Notes under the pieces: generated by a model
Database searches by the model: none
What the model was told of the DNA's origin: nothing
The model's input: the letters and a program-made list of their open reading frames with translations, nothing else
Position numbers and translations under genes: made by a program
Part shown: one piece after another, positions 8,740-16,264 of the stretch
Numbering within the stretch: position 1 is the first letter of the stretch
Layout of the letters: each line of letters opens with the position of its first letter
Source: Candidatus Micrarchaeota archaeon
Lineage (GTDB): Archaea > Iainarchaeota > Iainarchaeia > Iainarchaeales > JAGVWC01
Length of the DNA stretch: 64,000 bases
Assembly: GCA_043803815.1 (NCBI GenBank)
Contig: JAZDJR010000014.1
Coordinates: 40,389 to 104,388 of the forward strand
Direction of reading: 5' to 3'

Positions 8740-9813
8740 ATGCGTGTTGGTTTTGGGGATGCTGCTATTCGCACCGAGTTTTTTGAACTGGCTAAAGCAG
8801 GAGCGAGCTGCAAGACTTGGCAGGTATTCAGCCAATTGCTAAAAATGAGACGAACAAGATTGGAGCGTTTTCGGTATGGTCAGCAACTGTTTTCAGAGGA
8901 ATTATTTGAAAAACTCTTGGGATTTTTGCCTGGAGATGAACGGGAAAAATTTCGAAAATCCACTGTTTTTAACTCTGATAATTGGGGGCAAGTCAAGGGA
9001 GGAAAAAGGACGGCGAAATTGCATCCCGAGAATTATGAGCGGGCGCGTCAATTTGCAATTAATGCAACAAAAGAAAAAGCAAGATTGCAAGAAGATAACT
9101 TTGATTTGACAATGCCTCTTTCAGAGGAGTTGTGCGAGTTGGTGGGCGCGATTATCGGAGACGGCTGCATTAGCGGATTTAAGACCAAATATGGTCACTA
9201 TCAGAATCATGTTTCCATAACCGGCCACAGTGTTTTGGACAAAGATTATTTGGGTTATATGGGCAGTCTTTTGGGAAAGTTTTTTGGGATTAAAGTAACA
9301 ACGCGTTTTCGAAAAACCAAAAAAGCAATGGTTGTTTTTGTTCATTCCAAACTCGTTTTTTCTTTTTTCACCAAGCGTTTCGGATTTGTTCCCGGTCCAA
9401 AGGCATTCACGGTAAAAATCCCGGAAGAAATTTTGAAATCTGAAGAGCGATTTGTTTTTTCAACGATTCGAGGAATATACGATACCGACGGCTGTATTTT
9501 TTTTGACAGGCGAAAACCATACGGCAGACCGTACCCTCGAATTTCACTGCAAATAGTAAGCAAACCGTTGGCCGAACAATTGCATGGTTTTTTACGGCGG
9601 TATTTTTCCGTTCGTTTCGGAAAAAACCGCAATCGCAACTCGTATTTCGTTGAAATTTACGGCCATGAACAATTAGCAAAGTGGATGAACTTAATCGGGT
9701 TTTCTAACCAAAAACATTTGAATCGATATTATGCTGGAATGAAGAATAGCCCGTGGGGAGATTTGAACTCCCAACCCCGTCATGGTCAGACAACAAGTTA
9801 TGTATACCAATGA
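8740..9813 (+). CDS. Free-standing two-motif LAGLIDADG (DOD/intein-like) endonuclease
   Basis: ELVGAIIGDG and TIRGIYDTDG motifs, no intein splicing blocks, more AT-rich than flanks. The last 66 nt overlap tRNA-Thr(GGT) antisense. Confidence 0.88.
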   Translation: MRVGFGDAAIRTEFFELAKAGASCKTWQVFSQLLKMRRTRLERFRYGQQLFSEELFEKLLGFLPGDEREKFRKSTVFNSDNWGQVKGGKRTAKLHPENYERARQFAINATKEKARLQEDNFDLTMPLSEELCELVGAIIGDGCISGFKTKYGHYQNHVSITGHSVLDKDYLGYMGSLLGKFFGIKVTTRFRKTKKAMVVFVHSKLVFSFFTKRFGFVPGPKAFTVKIPEEILKSEERFVFSTIRGIYDTDGCIFFDRRKPYGRPYPRISLQIVSKPLAEQLHGFLRRYFSVRFGKNRNRNSYFVEIYGHEQLAKWMNLIGFSNQKHLNRYYAGMKNSPWGDLNSQPRHGQTTSYVYQ

Positions 9814-9842
9814 CGAGCAAAACCAGGCTATGCTTCACGGGC
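9748..9842 (-). tRNA. tRNA-Thr(GGT) with 21-nt intron (9784-9804)
   Basis: GCCCGTG/CACGGGC acceptor; CGTCA-TT-GGT-A|A-TGACG anticodon arm; BHB TTGG/CTGA plus ACA/TGT. Confidence 0.9.
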
Positions 9843-9876
9843 GAATAGCTACTAAAAACCGCTTGGAAAATGCTTT

Positions 9877-11139
9877 TTAACCCATCATTTCAAGCAGTTT
9901 GGAAAGGCCGACCAAGGAATTGGGCAAGTCAAATTGCCCTTTTTTTTGCAAGTCCTTGACCGTTACGGTTCCTTTTTTTTCCTCGTTTTCGCCGATAATC
10001 GCGAGAAAACGGATTCCTTTTTTTTGGCAGTACTCCGAATTTTTGGACACGTTTCGAGACAATAAGTCAAACTCCGCATTAATTCCTGCTTGCCGGAAAG
10101 CGTCGGCCGCTTTTAACGCCAAAGCGGATTGTTTTTCCGTAAACGCCATGACCAGCACCCGGGATTTGGGTGGAACTTTTTTGTTTTGTTTTTCCAAAAC
10201 ATCGAGCAGGCGGTCAACGCCAAACGAAATTCCGGTTGCCGGCGTTGCTTGTCCGCCGTACAATTCCACGAGCTTGTCATAGCGCCCGCCGCCGCCGACA
10301 CTCGGCCCCTGCTTGGTCTTGATTTCAAAAACAAATCCGGTATAATACTCCAGTCCGCGGGCCAATGACAAGTCCAGTTTTACCGCTTCGGTCAGATTGT
10401 TTTGCTTGACCAGTTCCAAAAGCTTTTCCATTTCTTCCATCGGCTTTTTGTTTTTCAAAACCGCCTTGATTTTTTTCAAATCCTTTTCCTTTAGCACTCC
10501 AAGGATTTTTTTGCCGATTCCGCATTGCTTTAATTCTTCCTCGACCTCTTTTTCCCCGATTTTGTCAAGCTTGTCGATAGAGCGAAAACAATCCGCAATT
10601 TTTTCCTTGGGAACCCCGCAGGAAAATGCGAGTTCTTCCAAAAGCGGGCGAGAATTCAACACCACCCAATAATCGATTTGCAATTCCTGCATGACCTTGC
10701 ATCCGATTTGCAGGCATTCAAAATCCGCCAAAATTCCGGCTGCACCTATAATGTCCACGTCGCATTGCGTGAACTCGCGGTAACGCCCAGCCTGCGGCCG
10801 GTCATAGCGGTACACGGTTCCGATTTGGTAACGCTTAAACGGCTTGGGCAAAGTGGAATTTGAGGCAATTACCCTGCCCAAAGGAACGGTTAAGTCAAAC
10901 CGCAATCCGAGTTCGCGGTCGCTTTTGTCCTTGAAATAATAAATCTCGTTTTTGATGGCTTCTCCGCCAGAACCTTTTTTTGCCAGCAACCCGAAATCTT
11001 CCACTATCGGCGTCTGCAAGGGCTCAAAGCCAAAACTTTCAAACACGTTTCTGCAGGTGTCTTCAATGGACTGCTTGACGCGCATCTGGTCAGGCAAAAA
11101 ATCGCGCATTCCCCGAACCGTCTGAAATTTTTCCGTCAT
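9877..11139 (-). CDS. hisS: Histidyl-tRNA synthetase
   Basis: RGMRD, LRFDLTVP, YRYDRPQAGRYREFTQ, LARGLEYYTG and GGGRYD motifs. Confidence 0.97.
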   Translation of the reverse strand: MTEKFQTVRGMRDFLPDQMRVKQSIEDTCRNVFESFGFEPLQTPIVEDFGLLAKKGSGGEAIKNEIYYFKDKSDRELGLRFDLTVPLGRVIASNSTLPKPFKRYQIGTVYRYDRPQAGRYREFTQCDVDIIGAAGILADFECLQIGCKVMQELQIDYWVVLNSRPLLEELAFSCGVPKEKIADCFRSIDKLDKIGEKEVEEELKQCGIGKKILGVLKEKDLKKIKAVLKNKKPMEEMEKLLELVKQNNLTEAVKLDLSLARGLEYYTGFVFEIKTKQGPSVGGGGRYDKLVELYGGQATPATGISFGVDRLLDVLEKQNKKVPPKSRVLVMAFTEKQSALALKAADAFRQAGINAEFDLLSRNVSKNSEYCQKKGIRFLAIIGENEEKKGTVTVKDLQKKGQFDLPNSLVGLSKLLEMMG

Positions 11140-11141
11140 TT

Positions 11142-11642
11142 TTATCTTCCTCGCCCCGTTCGCCTTTGTTGTATTTGTGTTAATAGAATGGTTTTCAATC
11201 TTGACAGTGCAGGATCACTAAAATTGTATTTTTGTTGCAAGTTCAAAAGACCCATCGGCAATGTTTCCGGCCTTTCCACCATTTTTTGAAAAACCGGCAA
11301 TGATTGGATTCCTTTTTCGGCAACCATTGCAACGTGCTGGGGGTTGCCGCGCGATTGGCCTTCTGCCAGTTCGCTAACCAGAATCCTGGCAAATCCATCG
11401 TCTGGGCATTGCTCTTTTAATTTGGAAACCAAAGCGCCGAGATTTTTTGGAGTAATAAATTCCCTTTTGATTGCTTCCCCAAAAACTCCCTGTTGGGTGG
11501 GGGAAAGCCGCGGAAACTTATTTCTTAATTGGTCGGAAAGAATGCTCTGTTCGGTTTGTCTTGGGTTTCCTCTTTGCGTTTGTCTTGGCATAATCCGACT
11601 CCGGCTACTAGAACCACGTCCTGCCTGAGAATATCTTACCAT
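11142..11642 (-). CDS. Hypothetical basic protein
   Basis: 166 aa from MVRYSQAGR; the longer ORF-track start lies inside tRNA-His. Confidence 0.6.
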   Translation of the reverse strand: MVRYSQAGRGSSSRSRIMPRQTQRGNPRQTEQSILSDQLRNKFPRLSPTQQGVFGEAIKREFITPKNLGALVSKLKEQCPDDGFARILVSELAEGQSRGNPQHVAMVAEKGIQSLPVFQKMVERPETLPMGLLNLQQKYNFSDPALSRLKTILLTQIQQRRTGRGR

Positions 11643-11775
11643 TAAATAATCACCCGCCTTTGAAAAAGCAAAGTTCGATTTTCTTTTCTTTCTTTTGAAT
11701 AAAGCCGATTTTCTTTTCTTTTCGCACCTTGCGCGTTTTTCCCAGGTTTTTTTGCATAAGCAAAAAAAGCTGTAG

Positions 11776-11850
11776 GGCGGCAACCGAGATTTGAACTCGG
11801 GTTCCAAGCGCCACAGGCTTGTGTCCTAACCAGGCTGGACGATTGCCGCC
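11776..11850 (-). tRNA. tRNA-His(GTG) with encoded G-1
   Basis: G-GCGGCAA/TTGCCGC-C acceptor; CAAGC-CT-GTG-GC-GCTTG anticodon arm; CCGAG-TTCAAAT-CTCGG T-arm. Confidence 0.93.
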
Positions 11851-12035
11851 GCACGATTGCGTACGTGCGCTCCGCGCACTTTGTGGTCGCAAGCGACCAC
11901 AAGAGAGCTGCATAGTCTTTTTTCCCCATGCTTTTTGGCTGTGGCCAAAAAGGCTGCTCGGGCGATTGCCGCCACAGCGCCCTTTCGATGGCGCGTGCCG
12001 AGATACGTGTCCCATTTGCAATGGGACGGTAGTAT
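11851..12035. repeat. Hairpin array upstream of tRNA-His, with an 11-bp copy of the tRNA 5' end and copy 2 of the 33-nt hairpin
   Basis: cgattgccgcc at 11840-11850 and 11963-11973. Hairpins gtgcgc-tcc-gcgcac, ttgtggtcgc-aa-gcgaccacaa, ctttttggc-tgtg-gccaaaaag and gtcccatt-tgc-aatgggac. Confidence 0.7.
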
Positions 12036-12328
12036 GCTTTTATGGAAATGCTCGCTTTGCTCAAATCCCCGATAATATACGGCTGACTCGGCGAAACGTA
12101 AAAGTAGGTTTTTGGCATTGTGACCGTCTGATAAGTGATAATTGAGTTAAAAATAGTGTCATCAGTTTCGATAATGAAGTCGATCACTTATCATAGACAA
12201 TCAAACTAATTACTGTGAACGAGTGTTTTAAAAGGTTTGGATAGTCCTTAACCAGTTGCTTTTTCCCAAGGGTCGTTTTTTTGGGTGAAAACGGCTTTTT
12301 AAGCTTTATTTAGGGGTTTTTTGGTAAT

Positions 12329-13243
12329 ATGGATAAAAAATTGCGGCAAAATTACGAAAAAGCGGGCGCTATTCACCAAAGCGCGGTCGCGTTTGCCCAG
12401 AAAAAACTCAAGCCCGAAACCCCGCTGCTTGGATTGGCCGTTGAAATCGAGGATTTTATTTTTGGCCGGTTAAAAGAGGAAAAACTCGACGGCGGCCTCG
12501 CGTTTCCCTTGAATCTATCCTTAAACAATGTTGCCGCGCATTTTACCCCCGGAACTGGCGACAAAACCGTTTTGGGAAAAGACGACGTTTTAAAAGTGGA
12601 CATCGGCGTTCACGTGAAAGGCTGCATTGCCGACGGAGCGTTTACATTCAATTATTCCAATAAGCACGAAAAACAAATCGAGCTGAACAATTCGATTTTG
12701 CAGTCCGGCTTGGATTCAATCAAAGTCGGTTCCCCGATTTCGGTTGTCGGAAACGCGATTGGAAAAATAATGGAAAAAACGGATTTCAAAACCATTGAAA
12801 ACCTGACCGGACACGGCCTAGGCGTATACCTCCAGCACGACGAACCCCAGATTCCAAATCAGCCCAACAACCTGAAAACCAAAATCACGGACGGAATGGC
12901 ATTAGCCATCGAGCCGTTTGTCACAACCGGCCGCGGATTCGTTGCCGAGGCAAGCCAGGTTGAAATATTTTCCATTGAAGAGCCAAAGCCGGTCCGCGAC
13001 ATGAACGCGCGAAAACTATTGGATGTCATCGGAAAGCACTGGCCTTCCCTTCCCTTTGCGGAACGCCAATTGGCCAAAGAAACCGAGTTAAGCGAATTTG
13101 CGCGAAAAGTCGGCTTGCGCGAATTATCCCGCAACAAGATTTTGCACGCTTACCCCGTTTTGCAGGAGCAAAAAGACGCGATTGTCACGCAAAGCGAAAA
13201 AACCGTCCTAATCGACGGCGACGAAGTCAAAATCATCAACTGA
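12329..13243 (+). CDS. map: Methionine aminopeptidase type II
   Basis: AFP.NLS.N.VAAHFTP, KVDIGVHV.G.IADGAFT, NLTGHG, AIEPF and helical insert. Confidence 0.95.
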   Translation: MDKKLRQNYEKAGAIHQSAVAFAQKKLKPETPLLGLAVEIEDFIFGRLKEEKLDGGLAFPLNLSLNNVAAHFTPGTGDKTVLGKDDVLKVDIGVHVKGCIADGAFTFNYSNKHEKQIELNNSILQSGLDSIKVGSPISVVGNAIGKIMEKTDFKTIENLTGHGLGVYLQHDEPQIPNQPNNLKTKITDGMALAIEPFVTTGRGFVAEASQVEIFSIEEPKPVRDMNARKLLDVIGKHWPSLPFAERQLAKETELSEFARKVGLRELSRNKILHAYPVLQEQKDAIVTQSEKTVLIDGDEVKIIN

Positions 13244-13348
13244 ACGGTTTGAAAGGAAAAAATTTCCATCCTTAAAATAACCACATTTATTTAAAACAAA
13301 AGCAAAAGAAGTGTATAGTTAACCAATCAGAACAGCCAAACAAAAGCT

Positions 13349-13504
13349 GGTCCCGTAGTATAGCCTGGATAGTATACAAGCTTGCGGTAACCTTTTAGGA
13401 AAAGGTTAGCGAAAAAAATACGTCGTCCTGTTTTCAACAGGACAGCGGTATGTTCGCAAAGTTGCAATGAGCTTGGGACCTGGGTTCGAATCCCAGCGGG
13501 ATCG
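13349..13504 (+). tRNA. tRNA-Arg(GCG) with 82-nt intron (13388-13469)
   Basis: GGTCCCG/CGGGATC acceptor; CAAGC-TT-GCG-G|A-GCTTG anticodon arm; perfect BHB (TTGC/GCAA, AAC/GTT). Confidence 0.92.
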
Positions 13505-13567
13505 CACACTTTTTCCCCGGGCTTTTTTAATAAAAAAGGCCGGGATTGGAATCCCAGCGGGATCGCA
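13488..13567 (+). repeat. 19-bp direct repeat of the tRNA-Arg 3' end flanking a hairpin
   Basis: gaatcccagcgggatcgca at 13488-13506 and 13549-13567; the 42-bp spacer contains an imperfect hairpin (cccgggctttttt/aaaaaaggccggg). Confidence 0.85.
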
Positions 13568-13584
13568 AAATTTTTGGTGAAAAA

Positions 13585-13920
13585 GTGGACGCCATTTCAT
13601 GGAATGATTTTGAAAAGGTCGGCCTTTGCGTGGGCACAATCATTAAAGTGGAAACTTTTCCGGAAGCCAAAAAACCCGCGTACAAGATTTGGGTTGATTT
13701 TGGAGAATACGGAGTCAAAAAATCCAGCGCTCAAATTACTCATTGGTACACGAAAGAAGAACTGGTTGGAAAGCAAATTATCGGCGTAATTAATTTTCCC
13801 GTCAAGCAAATTGCCAATTTTGCGTCCGAGTTTTTGACCGCTGGGTTTGTACGGCCCGACGGAAAAGTTGTTCTGGCAGTTCCGGAAAAAGAAGTTCCCA
13901 ACGGTTCTAAGCTTGCTTAA
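13585..13920 (+). CDS. csaA: CsaA/Trbp111-like OB-fold tRNA-binding chaperone
   Basis: ISWNDFEKV...[26 protein letters not shown]...NFP.KQIANF.SE; GTG start preceded by GGTGA. Confidence 0.9.
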   Translation: MDAISWNDFEKVGLCVGTIIKVETFPEAKKPAYKIWVDFGEYGVKKSSAQITHWYTKEELVGKQIIGVINFPVKQIANFASEFLTAGFVRPDGKVVLAVPEKEVPNGSKLA

Positions 13921-13999
13921 AAAATCGAATAATCCAGCGAAAATTCTTTTATCGGTCTATTTTTTGTTGGACTCCGCAAAACTAAATAAAAAAAGCTTT

Positions 14000-14084
14000 T
14001 GCAGGAGGGCGGATTCGAACCGCCGAAAGGCACTAAGCCGGTAGCCCCTGGAGCTACTGGAATTGACCGCTATCCGACTCCTGC
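14000..14084 (-). tRNA. tRNA-Leu(CAG)
   Basis: GCAGGAG/CTCCTGC-A acceptor; GTAGC-TC-CAG-GG-GCTAC anticodon arm; variable arm GGC..GCC; GGCGG-TTCGAAT-CCGCC T-arm. Confidence 0.88.
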
Positions 14085-14140
14085 GGTATGTGAAATACCG
14101 GCCAAAAACCCTTAAATACCGCATATTCCTTTGAATTAGC

Positions 14141-15295
14141 ATGGAAGCCCAAAACCAAAAAGCGCCGATATTCGGTTTTTTGGCGTTTTTGTTCTCTTTT
14201 TTGGCGGCGTTTTTGTTTTTCAATGTCGGCTTGTCCACCAACGATTTTTTTTCCTTCAGTTTTTCCGGCAAAATCGCCAAAATCCTTTCGGTTAATTTTG
14301 CCTTGTTTTTATTGTCGGTTCCCTTGCTGGGCGTTTTGGCCAGCGCGGCAAGTTTTTGGATTGAAAAAAAAATCGCGTGGCTTTCTTTGGGAATCGGAAG
14401 CGCCGTCGGATTGGGATTGTCAGTCGTTGTTTTTCCGAGTTTGGCGGATTTTTTTTGGGTCGGGGTTTTTTTCGTAATCGGCGTTTTGGTTTCAATCCAG
14501 CAAGTGTACATGAAAAAAGACGAGTTAAAGCACTGGATAACGTTTCGCCTGGCCAAAATAGGAGTGCAACGGCATTTGGCTTTGGTTGCCGTCGGCTTAA
14601 TCCTGTTTTCCGCGGCGACCATTTTGCCGCAAAAAAGCATGTTTGCCGAAAAGTTTGAAAACGATTTGGCGGATACCATTTTTTCGGGCAATTCGACCGG
14701 AAACCTCAAAACCCAGCTGTCCGATTCGCTTGCGGAAACGTCCGTTCAAAGCCAGCGCCAATTGCTCAACCAGCTTGTTTTGCTTCCGCAGTACACCGCG
14801 CTTCGCGATGACATGCAAAACACCAAAACCCAGGCGTTTGTTTCCGTCATGGGGCAATTGCAGTCCACAGTGAATTCGGATTCCTACAAAAAAACAATTC
14901 AGGACCAAATCGAACAGCAAACCGCAGGCGTCACCGTGAATCCTGCCGAAGTATTCAACAAAGTCAAGGAAAACTTTCCGCTGTTTACGGCTTTCGGGGA
15001 ATGGCTATGGCTCATTTTCGGCGTCGGCTTGGCCAGCATGTTCTTGTTTTTTTCCTCGTTTATTTTAGCTCCATTGGGAATGGTTTACGGTTTTTTGCTG
15101 AACAAAATTTTTAAAACCGCGTGGAAACCGCAGGCCGTTTCGGCTTCTCCGCAAGCGGTTTTTGCGGCGCCCCTTGCGGCTCCCGAAACCCCAAAGCCCG
15201 TTTCGCCAGCTTATTCGTCGTCGATTTCACCGGACGAAATGCAAAAACTAAAAGACGAACTCAAAAAACAGCTGGAACAAAGCCGGCCGATTTGA
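14141..15295 (+). CDS. Hypothetical polytopic membrane protein
   Basis: 384 aa, about 6 TM segments, a helical extramembrane domain and a Pro/Ala-rich tail. Confidence 0.75.
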   Translation: MEAQNQKAPIFGFLAFLFSFLAAFLFFNVGLSTNDFFSFSFSGKIAKILSVNFALFLLSVPLLGVLASAASFWIEKKIAWLSLGIGSAVGLGLSVVVFPSLADFFWVGVFFVIGVLVSIQQVYMKKDELKHWITFRLAKIGVQRHLALVAVGLILFSAATILPQKSMFAEKFENDLADTIFSGNSTGNLKTQLSDSLAETSVQSQRQLLNQLVLLPQYTALRDDMQNTKTQAFVSVMGQLQSTVNSDSYKKTIQDQIEQQTAGVTVNPAEVFNKVKENFPLFTAFGEWLWLIFGVGLASMFLFFSSFILAPLGMVYGFLLNKIFKTAWKPQAVSASPQAVFAAPLAAPETPKPVSPAYSSSISPDEMQKLKDELKKQLEQSRPI

Positions 15296-15300
15296 GTTTT

Positions 15301-15894
15301 TCAGATTAAACCCAGTACGCAGCAAAGCTGGTCAATGCAATCCTCTGCTTGCGCATAAACCGATTCGTTGGGCAGGCAGCTATTCCGGCAAAACCCGCCG
15401 TTAGAAGAACAATACGCCGGGTCGCAGGCACCGCAATCGTCCGGGCAATTCGCGCAGGTTTCGGGATTTTCGCAGAGCTCGTTTCCGCAAAACGAACTCG
15501 TGGAGTTTGAATCGCCGTTGAAATCCGAGCCTGTTAAAGAATCGTCATTTTCGGAAGAATCCGGAACGGAAGAGCCGTTCGCCATTCCTGCTAAACCGTC
15601 TCTTCCCGAATCTCCGGCAATGCCGTTTTGGTTTTCGGTATTTTGATTGGGCGCGGGGTTTGCCGGATTGGAATTTGGGTTGGTGCCTGAATCCGCCGCA
15701 TCGGCTAAATCCGTATCGGATTGGCCGGCATCCTGATTGGAAGAACCCTTATCCTGATTGACATTGAAAAACGATTTTGGGGAATTTGGATTTCCCATAA
15801 TCAAAAAAACTCCCGCAGTCAAAAAAACGGCAATTAAAACAACCATTGCCAAAAAAGGAACCGAAAAAATGCGCTTTTTGATTTCAGGGTCCAT
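15301..15894 (-). CDS. Membrane-anchored protein with Asn/Asp/Ser linker and Cys-rich C-terminus
   Basis: N-terminal TM; CGNELCENPETCANCPDDCG...C...GGFCRNSC...C...CC. Confidence 0.75.
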   Translation of the reverse strand: MDPEIKKRIFSVPFLAMVVLIAVFLTAGVFLIMGNPNSPKSFFNVNQDKGSSNQDAGQSDTDLADAADSGTNPNSNPANPAPNQNTENQNGIAGDSGRDGLAGMANGSSVPDSSENDDSLTGSDFNGDSNSTSSFCGNELCENPETCANCPDDCGACDPAYCSSNGGFCRNSCLPNESVYAQAEDCIDQLCCVLGLI

Positions 15895-15941
15895 GCAACC
15901 AAAACGAAAACGGTTTATTTAACGGTTTGCCCAAAACCGCT

Positions 15942-16202
15942 TTATTCGACCAATTTGAAACGCGGAGTATCTTTTATGGGCATTTCCAGCCAGCTGTCCA
16001 AATCCCGCACAAAAAGAACGTCGGGATTGGCGATGTCATGGTAAATAACGCACACCTTATCGGTCGCTTCCTGGGTTCCTAATGCAACGACTTTGACCAA
16101 ATGTTTCGGGTTTTTGTAATGGGAATAAGTCCCGCCGACTTTTACCCGTTTTTTGGCGGCAACCAATTCCTTTTCAATTGCCGAATAGCTTTTGTGCGCC
16201 AT
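15942..16202 (-). CDS. DUF1653-family protein
   Basis: GGTYSHYKN...V...VIY...FVR...RF pattern. Confidence 0.75.
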   Translation of the reverse strand: MAHKSYSAIEKELVAAKKRVKVGGTYSHYKNPKHLVKVVALGTQEATDKVCVIYHDIANPDVLFVRDLDSWLEMPIKDTPRFKLVE

Positions 16203-16264
16203 AGGTTTTCCATCTATACCCCTAACAGAACAATAAAAATCCATTAGGCGGATTCGGTTTTTTT

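Noticed and set aside
8740-9813. Intein or group I intron context for the LAGLIDADG gene
   Set aside because: No Cys/Ser start, His-Asn end or split host gene; flanking genes are intact.
11642-12187. 181-aa minus-strand ORF and overlapping ORFs
   Set aside because: They run through tRNA-His and the hairpin array and show no recognisable protein features.
14000-14084. Reading the tRNA as Trp(CCA)
   Set aside because: The stem GTAGC/GCTAC centres CAG; the long variable arm and A73 fit Leu.
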